Below, in pieces: positions 1 to 12,467 of a stretch of 64,000 nucleotides of DNA (within the stretch, counting starts at the first letter, position 1; the number at the start of each line of letters is the position of its first letter). The DNA is from Lepidodermella squamata. Its lineage: Eukaryota; Animalia; Gastrotricha. Below the pieces are notes generated by a model. The model saw only the letters and a list, made by a program, of their open reading frames with translations. It searched no databases and had not been told where the DNA came from. The translations under genes and the position numbers were made by a program. The DNA is taken from assembly GCA_047495785.1 (NCBI GenBank), contig JBLDXI010000059.1:124001-188000 (forward strand), given 5' to 3'.

Positions 1-1791
1 GCATCAGCGGCTGGTGCATGGCTGGGTGCTGAGGGCGCAGGCGAGCCGACAACTCGTCGCCCAGACCAGAGATCATCACATTCGCACCGGCCGACCGCAC
101 CAGGTTGCTATTGCCGGTTCGACCGCCGCCGTCGTCACTGGTCGACATTTCAACTAAATCTCGATATTGCCTCTGTAAAATAATAATTGAATAAAATATT
201 TTAAAATTTGTGTTTTGAGTGATAGACTAACCTCAATTCTGGCCAACTGCGCTGCCAAACTGTTCTTTTCAGCAGTCACGGTTTCAACCACGTGTTGCTT
301 CTGCACCAAACTTTCAGTCAGACCTTGAATACGGGCAACAAGCTCAGCATCACCCATTTGCACATTTGATGCACTGTTCGACCGCGCTGATGACGCCGGG
401 TTGGCCCTACTGACAACGCGCAATCGCTCTGCTTCTTGCTCGAGCTGAGATAGCCGCGCCTCGTAGTCATTCCGGGTCCGGATCAGTTCCGACTCGGCCG
501 ATTCAGCCGACTGGCGCCACCGCTCTGCCTCACCGGCCGCGGCGATCCGTTGCCGTTTTTCGGCCTGGAGCGCGTCTGCAGCTGCCTGGGCCCGTTCGGC
601 GGCTGCGTCGTTGTTAGTCGCCAACTGCGCCTCGAGTTCTCGCTGCTCTGATCGCAGAGTCTCGACGGCAAGTCGCGCGGCCTGCAGCTCATCTCGCAGC
701 CAGTCGCGTTCAGATCTCGTTTCCTCCAATTCCGCAGTCAGCTGTTGCACCTGAGAAGCACCTCCAGACGATTGGCTCGCCTCGTCACTTGACTGCAGCG
801 AGGCGATTAATCTCTCCTTCGACTGCAAAACCCGATTCGCCTTCTCTTTGTACTCGGTCAACTCCTGCTTCGCACGATCAGCCTCGGTTTGCCAGTGGCG
901 AAGCTGGGCCGAGGCTTCGGACGCCGCGGTTCTTTGCTGGGCCAGCCGTCGCTCCAACTCAGCTAGCCTCGACTGAGTCGACTCCCGGTCTGATTCCGCC
1001 TCGCCTTTCGCCTGCACAAGTTGAGAATCTAACTCACGAACTCGCCGTTTCTCCGAGGCCAGCTCCTCCTCGAGTGAAGTCGATTTTTGTTGGGATCGCT
1101 GAAGCTCTTCTCGAAGGCGTTGCACCACAATACCGTCACTAGCCGATAAATCCGCGGCTTCTCGAGACACATTAGACCTAGCTTCTTCGAGCTGGTTTCT
1201 CGAAGCCTCCAGCTGAGTCTCCCTTACTTTCAGCATTTCTAAATGATCCATCTCCTGAGCCTCCATTTCTCTAACTCGGCGCTCGTAAGAGTTGATTCTC
1301 TCACTCTGCACACGTAATTTCGACTCGGCCTCTTGAAGCTCGCGCTGAGCGCGCCGAGCTCGCGTTGTCACGCTTTGCAACTCCTGGCTGAGTTGATTAA
1401 CCTCACTCCTCAGGGCTGCGACTTCGCCGGAATTCGACGCCTCGGCTACGATCTTACCCGGCGCAGGCGCAACCTCGGCCGTGCTGACCATTGCATACGA
1501 TGAGGACGAAGCTGAAGATGGGGGGTCGTTCAGCATGTCTGCAGCTAACAAATGACCAGCCTCTGAGCCAAATGTTGCCTGGTAATCTGTAGATGAAATG
1601 TTACTGCTCGGTCCACTATCGCCACCATCGTCTTTCAATGTCGCACCACTTTCGGTCGGAATGCGGACGGTGGGGTTCGACGAGGTTGCAACGCCCGAGT
1701 TCGGAGTATTGACCACAGCAGCGGCTGACTGATCGACACGGTTCAGTAGTTCTTCAGCTTTCTCGGCAAATCCAGAAAGCCACGAAGTCAT
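1..1791 (-). CDS. GOLGA5: Golgin-84 (golgin subfamily A member 5); 3' end runs off the window start
   Basis: N-terminus MTSWLSGFAEKAEELLNRVDQSAA matches the golgin-84 vesicle-capture motif. Long coiled coil with ELTEYKEKANRVLQSKERLI and LTESLVQKQ motifs. A GT-AG intron near 175-230 continues the frame toward position 1. Confidence 0.9.
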
Positions 1792-2606
1792 TTGAGTTCA
1801 AATTTCCCGAAAGAAAAGGCCTAACACATTTATAAAAATCTAAAAAAGAGATAGAATTAAGGCAATTAAAAGACAACACAACTTGAATTAATTTATTAAA
1901 TTAGATTTCGCCATTCTATTTAAAAAGGATAGATTACTCTTTTCCCCATACGTTTAATATCAATACGCAGACACGTTCGCGGACTCTTTTATTACAAAAC
2001 TTGCGGACAGCAAAAGCTCTATAAGTTGACACATCGAAACAACAATTGCGAGAAGAGTAGCTCGGAAACATTCAAAATCATCACCATCATCACATTTAAT
2101 TCAACTGAAGGCAACAAACACGTACACGCGGAACGTAGATTTTTGATAAGAATGGGAACGTTGCTATGAATTTACCGTAGACGGACAATATTGCACAGTG
2201 AATGTCGCGGCTGTCCTGGCTGCATGCCGGCACACTGTTTCGAAACATCAAATTCGAAAGCATCTCATGAATTCACAAAAATACGAAAAGGCAACCTTTC
2301 TCCAATTTGTGCATAATTCGTGATTAGTAAGAATATAGCGGGTAATATTTATTCGGCGACTTGATAGCTGTACAATAAAAGCGAAATCAAAAACAGTGCC
2401 TTTCTCAAGTGATTCGTCCTGACACGTGCGAAAATGTGAACGCCGATTACCATTCAAATAAGAAGATCATCAGAAGAAAGCATTAACATGTAAAACAGCA
2501 ATCGTTAGCCGCGAAAATGATATCATTCAAGAATAGAAGCTATCAAAGGGAATAACTCAGTGGTCTAACGATAATACAGTAAGCTAGTCTTGTGTAATTG
2601 AGGCGT

Positions 2607-3642
2607 TCACTTCAGGTCGTCCTGGCCGCTGAGGTGGTGCTTCTTGACGCGAAGGAACAGAGTAGTGAACCAAGCATCAAACTTCGTCATCGAATCCCAC
2701 TCTTGCAGCGCTGCGGTGAACGAATCGGCATTGCCCTCCTCGACTGCCGTCGTCAACGTTCTTAGCAATTTGCACTCTCGACTGTCTGCAAATTGAGGCA
2801 CCATTTGCTCGTACTTGGACAAACTTTGCTTGGCGTCTTCGTTATCTAAGCACATACGACACACTCCGGCGCGGAAGAGATGATCACGGGCGGTGTATTT
2901 AAGCAAGTTGTTGTCAGCGCATTGTTTCGCAACACGTTCGTAAATCTCTAGAGCTTTCTCGTAGCGTTCCATTAGTGCGGACATTTCTGCAACTTTCAGA
3001 AGACATTTGTTGGCGTGGCTGTTGGACTCTTCACCCTGGTAGTAATCGGCGGCTTGTTCGTAATGCTGAATGGCTTTATCTTTGTCTTCTAATTCAGATT
3101 CGTAAGTCTCTGCAATTGAAACGTGCTGCTTAGCAGCAATACTGAATCGACCCATATCAGTGTAAATCTCGACCGATTTCAATAAACAGTTAACAGCTTC
3201 TGTTATCATACATCGAATTTGAGCATTATTTTTTCAATCATGTCAAAAATTACCGTTAGCGTCTGATTTTTTGTAGCAAGTTGCTGCGTCGTTGTAATTG
3301 CTAGCCGCTTCGTGTTTAACGTTTTGCTGCAAATTCACCTTGGCAGCCTCACAGAATGCTTTTCCCGCAGCTGCATTGAGAAAAACAAATAGAAGCATTA
3401 TCGGCTGCTACTATTATCTTACCAGTCCAATTTTTCGACATTTTGAAATGATTGGCAGCTTTGATGTACAACTCTATCGCGTCATCAACTTTTCCAGCTC
3501 CCCTTGAAATTTTAATTTCATTATAAGCATGAACTTATTATTTTGTACCAACAAACCCCAAAAGAGATCCAAAAAATCCTTGCGAGGATTTGAGCTTCTT
3601 TTCGGCTTGAGCCATAAATTCTTCGCCTTTCTTATCTCCCAT
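2607..3642 (-). CDS. NAPA: Alpha-soluble NSF attachment protein (alpha-SNAP), 4 exons
   Basis: Exon 1 reads MGDKKGEEFMAQAEKKLKSSQGFFGSL. Also IYTDMGRFSIAAK, AIQHYEQAADYY, FADSRECKLL and C-terminal DDLK. Three short GT-AG introns. Confidence 0.95.
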
Positions 3643-6257
3643 TTTGTTTCGTAATATTCTAATTCAAATACGAAAGCATCAGCAATGTACTAGATGGGGG
3701 TTCGATTAAAAGTGGGAAATGTATCGCATGTATTAATAAACATGTAGGATTATTGAAGGATTATTGAAGGAATCAGCGATCCGAAAATAAATATTCGAAC
3801 AAAACGAAGACAAGTTTACGACAGAAGAACGCCGTTCAATGTTCAATATGCAAGTTCCCTGTTTCAAATTGATGATTACAATACGGAATACATTGGCCTT
3901 TGGCTTATATTTGAGTCTTGAGTGACTCTGAGGCTGAACCTGCTCTGAAACTATCAGCAAAGCGATAGCTGCACTAACATCACAAGCCAACTATGAGCCA
4001 ACTACGAGCTAGCAAATGAGAAAAAACTATTCATTGTTTGAAAAAAGACCATTTGCTCTTGTCAATCATTTGCTTGATATTAGTGACGTTTTCCCCGATT
4101 TTCGATCAAACAGTTAAATGTAACTTGGATTAATGAGTAAGAGCACTTGGGAACTTGGTACAGCTGATCAGAAAAGCCTTTTCAGCGCATTACAGCCAAA
4201 GATATACAACGAGACACGTGTGGATTCATCACTCCCTTGGCATTGCACAGGCAAAGATTGACGCATCCAACTTTCGGAAAGGGGAGCGAGAAATAGCAGC
4301 ATAAATACAAAAAGCGCTCGATCCCTTGCGAAAGTCGAAGTCCATATGTAAAAATAATTACTTTTAATATGTTTCTTAGAATAAAAATTAGGTTTTTAAA
4401 ATTGTAAATAATTTATGCGCAACTTTCAGCCGCAGTATATTTTTGCCAAAAATTGCAAAGGTTTTTGGTTTCGAAATTTCACTTTCAATTTTAATTAGCC
4501 CACGTTCCCATCCAAAAGACAAAAGACGAATACTTACATGGAATTTCTATAATTCATACTTTCAACAGTGAGAAATCTTCTAATCCCATTTTGGCAGAAT
4601 GAGTGATAAAATGACACCGCGATGGCTTGAACCGTTTCTGATCGATTGAAACCATTTCAGTTAATTGATGGGAGATGATTGATAGATTGTTAATCTCTCT
4701 TCTGCTACCGGCAAGCTAACAGCTAAGGATAAGCAGAAAATCAAACTAAGATCAGAAATAACAGCGTAAAGAAAGTTTAATCAACATTTTTTCCGTCAGT
4801 TGCCTTGGCGTGTTAATCAGAAAGAACGTCACACTAAGCTCCGAATCGCTGTATAAGCTGCAATGACTTTTATTCGTCGATTTTTCATAATAAACTCACC
4901 AGAACCACATTTCCCCCCGTGTTGCTTGAATTAAAAATATCATCGAGGGTCTCGAACTAAGTTGCTAAAGACCAACTGAGACCAACCTATAATTTCTGAT
5001 ATCGCTGTTGTGTTTACTTTTCACCATATAAATGGGTTCAAAACAGGTGTTGATTTGTTCAATGCTCAATTTATTCTTAACGTAAACGCAAACCTGCCAT
5101 TCGCATTTCGCAGCCATTATTATCGACGCGATTCCAACCACTCAACGCATGATTCAGCGCATATACAGATCGCATTACACATAGCAATAAAAGATTTGAC
5201 ATTATTAAATGAAAAGAAAGTAGTACATATTTGCAAAAGATGTTTTATAAAATTTTTAGCATGCGCATATAATTATGACGAAGAATTAACGACCGTAGAG
5301 ATTAACGGCGTTAGAACGTGAGAAGCGAATAATAAATGGACAGTACATTTTTAACGATGATTCTCTTGTGATGGTAGCGAAGATAATGCTAAAAACCAAT
5401 CTGGCTTTGAAATTTTCAATACTATAATAATAACATTGCAATCACAAACAAAAGGCGATGATTTTTCTCCAAATAAGATGTCTTCTTGATGACACTCAAC
5501 TTGTATTTCCAATATGCGGTTCAGAAGGCTATGAATGGTACAATGAATGTTCACGTGAACCACCTCTCTAATGCGCGTGCTTCGCAGAGCAGCCCAGCTG
5601 GAGGCACAGTTAAGAAATAATATAAAAGGCCGCATGGCGTATCGGGATCCAACTAGAACTAGAGAGAGGTTCAATCTGGCATCTGACGTGTCTAAAAGTG
5701 CTGAAGATTGTCAAAAATTGACTGTATTCATATAGTCCCGCTGTTTTATACAATTTTCTCGACTCGTGCCATTTCGGCAGCTCTCAAACTATCACGCTCT
5801 AAATCGTCGTATGAGAATGATATTTACAAAAATATGAAACACTCTTAAATAATCGTGTAAAAGATATCAATCGATGCTTCACAAATTGAACAGAATTTAA
5901 CACAAAATGCTAGCTTTTTATAGAAATGAGAAATGAGATAGATTTAATATATTCATCTATGGTAACTGAACACTTCAATTTATGAGGAAATTTCCACCGC
6001 ATTTTGTGCACAGGTAGATTTTACGTTATTGAAAATGCGAGGGTCAGTAACAAAGATGTCTGAGATCTAAAACGCGCTGAAGAAAATCGATTGTGTACAA
6101 GAACAAAGAACACTTTTGTATATCATCTTTATAAAAATTATTGTTGTGCGTTTTCAACTTATAAGAGATAATTTTAGTTAGAATATTTGCACCGATGATT
6201 TCGCAAGGCAAGGCCCAAGTAAAGTGACGTGAATGTTTCTGTGTACGTAACTTTTCT

Positions 6258-7491
6258 TTAAGCCTTGAGTATCTTTGTCGCTTTCTTGTTCGCTTCTTGA
6301 ATTCGAGCGTCGTTCGACTCGGCCATCTTTTTGATGCGATCCAGCTGTTGGTTTTGAGTGTCAACTTGATCAGCCTAAAATCCGAAGCGTGAAAAGATAC
6401 ATGAAAAATTTCTATTGCTTACCATATCGATAGCCATGTTTCGAAGGTTGCTGACCATGTTGTTAACTTCGGTCACGTTATTCTCCATCTCCTCTTCGCG
6501 CGCGTCATTCGTTATTCGGTTGATGAGGTTGCCACCGATCATTACTTGGTCACCAACGATCATGCGAGGTCCGTTTGTATTCACCCGACCGTCCTCGTTG
6601 GCTTTCCATGTCTACGGTAATTATACGTTAGCTAAAAGTATAACGAAATATTATGCAACACTAACCTTGTCGTAGTCAGCGCCCTTTTCGAAACTCTTGC
6701 CTCTGAAGAAAGTTTACAATAAATAAGTTGATAATTAGCAATCGAAAATCGATTCCAAGGTGTGAGATTTTTAATATTGAGTCAAGGGCTGTCACAGACA
6801 TGCTGTGATGAAATTTGTCTGCGCTGCTGCATAATTTATTTTTAATATTATACAACACTTAATTGCAGCGCAGAGCGGGTCACGGACAGCCCGCTTCGTT
6901 GATAAAATTAAGCCCTATGCAAATGAGAGTTGAATTAAGCAACTTATAAATAACTAACTTTTTCCATGGAAGCACGCAGAGCCCACAACATTTTTCCATG
7001 CCTTCGAGGTTCTTTTCGGCCATTCGCATATCGGTGTTGATTCCTTTCATTCCCTCCTCGACCTTGTCGAGTTGCTCTGAGTGGAAAAATTTGTGTTGAG
7101 AAAATTGATAGAAAATTGAAAAAATAGCTAACCTCCTTGTTCGTCGAGCATGACGAGAGTTCGAATACCCGCTTCTTTGCTCTATACAGACAAAGGCACC
7201 TCAGTTATAGACAAGATGATAATTTAAATGAGCAATGATCCGTACCTCTTCGCAGAGAGCTACCATCCGTCGTGTGCTGTCGAGGGACTAGAAATTAGGT
7301 CAAATGAATTTTTTTGTTGAAACCAATGCAAAAGGATGAATTACTTCGTTGACCCGAGTGTCCATATCGAGCATGAGTGCCTTCGCCTCTCGCTGCTCTT
7401 CCGTCAATTCATCATCATCGGGCAGCACCCCATTGATGATACTCGTCTGCTTCTTCTCAGGGCCGCCCGGCTTGCCAGGTCCCGCCGCCAT
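6258..7491 (-). CDS. SNAP25: Synaptosomal-associated protein 25 (Qbc SNARE), multi-exon
   Basis: Spliced exons give [34 protein letters not shown], cysteine cluster [32 protein letters not shown] and QNQQLDRI...[12 protein letters not shown]. Confidence 0.95.
6786..6892. other. Imperfect nested inverted repeat (stem-loop) inside the 256-nt SNAP-25 intron
   Basis: GGGCTGTC (6786-6793) pairs with GACAGCCC (6885-6892). TCTGCGCTGC (6818-6827) pairs with GCAGCGCAGA (6865-6874). The loop is AT-rich. Confidence 0.7.
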
Positions 7492-9780
7492 GGCCAGTTA
7501 ATAATCAATTAATAAAGGTAAAAGTGAGTCTGGAAAATGCGAATCAAGATGTTAACATTTCGTTATCAAGAAAGGATGCCGCTGTGTGACGGAAAAATAT
7601 ACGGTATAGTATTAGTAGCACTTAGCTAATTCAGTAATTTCACTTTTTCACTATTATAATGGTGCACCTCTTGTGTGACTTGCGATGTGCTATAGCAATA
7701 ATCGCTGCTACGAATGTATGTGTTGGCGTCGATGAAATGTAAAAAACCAACACGCACCAATTGAAGCGAAGCGTTGTAAAATAATGAAGCTATAAGCTTC
7801 GGCGTTTGCCTATAGCAGAACTCAAATTATGACAAAAGGGGCGCGCGCATGCCACAGTGCGCTCGGCTACTACTACGACGACTACTACTAAAGTTTTTCG
7901 ATGGCGGGCCGAGCGGCATCGGCCGGTACGAAGGGCGGAAGCACCGAGAAAAGCTACAACATGGCTATACCATTTTTAGAATTCGGCGCAGCTTGTTCGC
8001 CAATATTTTTTACGTCAAACATACATTGAGTAATACATACGCGCGCGCGCGAACTACGACCATGTGCGACCATGTGCGAGTAGTCGGCATGCGAGCTTGC
8101 CGAGTGACAGAAACAGCAGCGACGCGCGCCGTGCATGGCTGCAATGATGACGAGGAAATTCGACAATCGATAATGGTAAATAGCAAATTCAGCCGGCGAT
8201 GCGGTGGCTCTTCGAATGCGGCATGTGTGAGCGATGGCGACCTTCGCTTTCATTCGATATCATGCGCGAACGTAGCGTCGAATATCGGCACTGCGCGCTG
8301 TACTCCCATATAGAGGACTAAAATTGCGCAAACGTAATAGCGCGCCTACAATCACATGAATGTGTATATAAGAAATTTCCTATGCATTTACGGCTGTAAT
8401 ACAGTCTTTTATATAACGACGGCCCTCTCGGTTCTGATCGATCGTGACTGTCGGTCTGCGCCGAAATATCGATCGCTAGCGCGCGCTAAAAAGTTTCGCA
8501 GAAGGTACTAGGCGTGCGCGTTGTATTTTTTCTGCTATAATATAATGACTATATGAATATAATAATACTAAAATAATACGCTGCCGGCGCCGTCACCCGC
8601 GGTCTCCTTCATTACAGCGCCTCTCTTTTCGGCTCTTCGATATATTAATTGCAATCACACATAACATTGATTCGCGTTTTTTGCATCTACGCTCGATAGT
8701 CATGACGGCGCGCGTATCCCGTGTGTGCGCGGCATTAACATAAAAATTTGCAACAAGAATTCTCCCGTGTGTCGCAGCATGCTGCAGTTACTTCTTACAG
8801 ATGTGGCAAACCGGCAAAAAATTATTGCTTTCTATCGATTTTCTCCGCCTTAAGCGCCTAATCCCAAGTTTGAAAAGCGCGCAGCAATGTCGCGAGTGTA
8901 TTCTTGTTTTTATTATGATTACGTCTAGTAAGGGCTCACCGAGCAAGGCAAAGACGCGCAAAAAAACGACGATATAGGCCGCGTGCGTTGGCGGCGCCAC
9001 TCGAGCAAGACACATCATCATAACCGCGAATTGTTGTTATTATTATTATCACGCATTAGCGCCGCGCGCTGCGGTTGACAGTTGCAAATTATTATGGCTT
9101 CACGAAATATTGCCGGTTCGGCCAGTTTTCGATAGCAATCCGATTAGGTTAAAAATATATCATATACTCGTGTGGCCGTAGTATTTTCTATTAGCCCGTC
9201 ATCTTGGGCATACGGCGGGAACCGGGACTGCTGCACACGAAAAAGTGAAATGAACCACCCGCCTCGACATAAATTACGTCGAAAATGCATTTTCCTGTAC
9301 ATATGCTATTCTGACATCCCATAAGCATTGATGTAATGCATGCGTAAAAAACCCGATAGCACCGATGGTCCATTGAGACTCAGGAAAACTGACGGATATT
9401 TGATTTTTCGATATTTAGGTCGGTTTTTTCGATTCCCAGGGAATAGCAAAAAAAACGAAAATACCACAGAACAGTAGTTTTTGCATTTTATTGCTCGTAG
9501 TCTCATTCGCTCTTGTCGTAAAAAAAATTATTTCACGTCGCATTCAGTTCATTCCGGATCGTGATGTTAACAATCAAGCAGAGTCGTGTTGATGGTGAGG
9601 AGTTACAACAACAAGTAGAAAAGCACGCTCATCACCTCTTGGCTTGGCAATAAATATAATACCTCAAAAATCCGTTTCGTTGATTTTTTGATACACAGGT
9701 ACTAGACAGCATAAATAACATATAAGGTGATGCAGAAAAACGCAATAAGGCACCGATTGAATCATAAGCAGCAGCTGAAA

Positions 9781-10572
9781 TTATTTGAATGAAGTCCGAC
9801 CAGGCTCGCCGGCACCTGCAGCCGACGAATTATTCGACGAAGAGTGGCTAGGAGGCAGTTGAAGACCGGGGTCGATGAAAAGACGCTGATTGTAGGTTGA
9901 GATTGCAGACGAACTCGAAGATGCGCCAGGCATAAAGTGATCGAACCTATTCGTGTTTTTCGGCAACGGATTGACGACAACGCCGCTGCCAGGGTCGTTG
10001 ACGAAATACATTTGACCGTTCGAGAGGGCATCATTGAAGCTGGGCTGGTCTAGATTCGGCTCCTGTTTCACCTGTTTTCGAGGAGGAGCTTTGGCTCGAG
10101 GCTTTTTCACCGGTGGTTGTTTCCGCTGCGGGATGATAGGGGCGATTTGAAGCAAATTAGCTCTAGATGATGTCGAAGGTTCTTGCTCTTCATCACTATC
10201 TTCTTCTTCATCATCGTCGTCATCAGAAATCATTTCGGAGGCGTCGAAGTTGTGCTGCTGAGGCTGATTGGCTGATTGGCCAGCGTCATTCGAAGCCGAT
10301 GAGCTGGAGCCGTCTGCCCCTAGGCACTGTTGGATCAATTGGCGACCGACATCGCTAGAAAAAATTGGTTTGAGCCTATCAGTTGAGTACGTGTAAACGT
10401 GACCCGTCTCACTGGCAACCAGAAGAAGGACCTCCGTTCCTGTTAACGTACTAAGCTCGTAAGCTTTTTTCATTATGCCCGAGCGGCGTTTGCTGAAAGT
10501 CGTGTATCGCTTCAGCTTATCTGTTATGTACTCCATCTTAATTTTGAGACGGCCCCTCGTTTTCTTCCCCAT
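9781..10572 (-). CDS. SRF: Serum response factor-type MADS-box transcription factor, apparently single coding exon
   Basis: MGKKTRGRLKIKMEYITDKLKRYTTFSKRRSGIMKKAYELSTLTGTEVLLLVASETGHVYTY followed by LKPIFSSDVGRQLIQQCL, the SRF-type MADS plus SAM extension. Confidence 0.93.
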   Translation of the reverse strand: MGKKTRGRLKIKMEYITDKLKRYTTFSKRRSGIMKKAYELSTLTGTEVLLLVASETGHVYTYSTDRLKPIFSSDVGRQLIQQCLGADGSSSSASNDAGQSANQPQQHNFDASEMISDDDDDEEEDSDEEQEPSTSSRANLLQIAPIIPQRKQPPVKKPRAKAPPRKQVKQEPNLDQPSFNDALSNGQMYFVNDPGSGVVVNPLPKNTNRFDHFMPGASSSSSAISTYNQRLFIDPGLQLPPSHSSSNNSSAAGAGEPGRTSFK

Positions 10573-11336
10573 CGCTTCAATGACAAACAATAAAAACCTA
10601 AATTTGCCAAAACAAGTGCAACATTACAATAAATGATTATTATTCTCAGCGATATCAGCCTATATCAAAATAGTTTAATCATCATATAATTCGGTATAAT
10701 TCAAGTTTCACAATTCATAACAGACAAATATTATGTTTCTCTCTGTGTCAAAATAAAACAAAAGCTCTGGCCGAAACGAATGAATGAAACGAAAAAAAAT
10801 ATAATATTAACTCTCGCTCTTCCAAAAAATCACATTAATCATTATCATTATCGAAAATAATAATAAAACGGAAAAGCTCTCAATCGAACTAGAAGACACG
10901 GCGGCTATCAAGGAATAATTCGTTCATTTTCACTGCTTTTTCGCGTATAATACTCGCGATTTGTTTATCACTCGATAACCAAAAATTGAATGCTTCAACA
11001 ATAATCATCAGTAATTACAAGCAAAGCTGCACGAACGTGATTTCTCTGTTCTTTTGGCACGCGAATGTAAAGTATCAAAATGCCCTGAACGCAAGCGACT
11101 AAGACGTATCTCTGCATTTGCTGGGGGATTGGATGCGTGGTGCTAAAGCGAAATTCTAGAATGAGGAGCACCAAAACTTCTCCAAACAACTTCAGTTTTC
11201 CGTCTGTTCAGATCACCACCAAATAAGCGAAAATTACAACAACAATCAGGTAGCAATATCAAGGCCATTCTTTGCGTGAATGGACGCAAATTGACTAACA
11301 ACAGCTATTAAAGTCAAACGCCAGTTGCGTGCCCGG

Positions 11337-12467
11337 TCATTCCGGCTTGGGCGGCTGCTGAGCCGGCGTCGGCGACAACGGCGCGGTCGGACCGCGTCGG
11401 ATCTGAGCCGTAACAGACTGGAAGTGTTTGCGCACGTTCTTCAGGGAAACAAATTCATTTACTTGCCGAAAAAAAGAGAAAAGTTATATCACCTGTGGGA
11501 TTCGATCCAAGTACCACTGGTGGTTCTCAGCTGTAGCCAACACTCCGGTAAGATTTCCCCGTGGCTCTGCAGCCAAGTAGCGAATAAAATTGCCAGTAAT
11601 ATCCGTTAGCCTAGTTGATGAAATTAGTTTATGATAAATCGATCAATCACGGTCTAAATACCTTCCACCGGCTGCGTGCAGCAAAGCCTCAGGGGCGCAA
11701 GTATCCCATTTCTTACAGCCCGGGCTAGCGAAAACGTAGGCATGTGCAAGACCCTCCAGGACTAGAAGCACTTTATGGCCACATCCGCCGACACGCACGA
11801 CAGATGAAGGTGTGCAACCCGTGACTGCCTGCTCAACAAGTCCATCATTGTGTGACCGAGTCGTAGTGATTATGTTCTGGCGGGCAGGCGGTTTGTTGAC
11901 CTGAAGGCCGAAACAGCCAACACCGATCATGCCCCACGCCGTTCTGCCTAAAACCGGTTTGCTACCATCGTCAGCAGTTTTATCATAGTTGAAGTAAGGC
12001 TGGTGAACGACTCCAGCAACAGCCTGACCACGAACTGAAATTCCGATCAAAACAGTCACGTGATCGAGCAGACCTTGCGTGAACTCGGAGGTACCGTCCA
12101 ATGGGTCGACCCATAAAATAACATCAGAGGGCCTCACGTCGGCCAATGATGACGGGCATTCTCGTCCCTCCAAAACTTGAAGAACTTGTTGGCCGATATT
12201 CAAAGTATTGGCATGCGAAGCAGGCTCAGGCTCGGGGATATCCTCCTCGCCAATGATTGTCAGTTTTTCATTCGGAAAGCTAGCGCGAAGTTCGGAGATT
12301 ATGCTTCGCTGTGCTTGGCGATCGGCCTCCGTCTGTAAATCGTTTACGCCTTTGACGACCACTTTGAGATCGCCCTTGCTCAAAACATCTCTAATAACAC
12401 CGCCAGCACGCTCAGCCGCAACAGCCGCGTGAGACAGCAACTTGACAATAAAGGGAACGCTCTTCAT
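11337..12467 (-). CDS. BPNT1: 3'(2'),5'-bisphosphate nucleotidase 1 (inositol monophosphatase family), 3 coding exons
   Basis: DLQTEADR, IIGEE, WVDPLDGTSEF, RVGGCGHKV, ASPGCKKWDTCAPEA. Spliced continuation GGRLTDITGN...GVLAT...RIPQ|NVRKHF...PKPE*. Confidence 0.92.

Noticed and set aside
7849-8313. 154-aa ORF upstream of SNAP-25
   Set aside because: No recognisable domain; Arg/Cys/Ala composition is what CpG-rich non-coding DNA produces.
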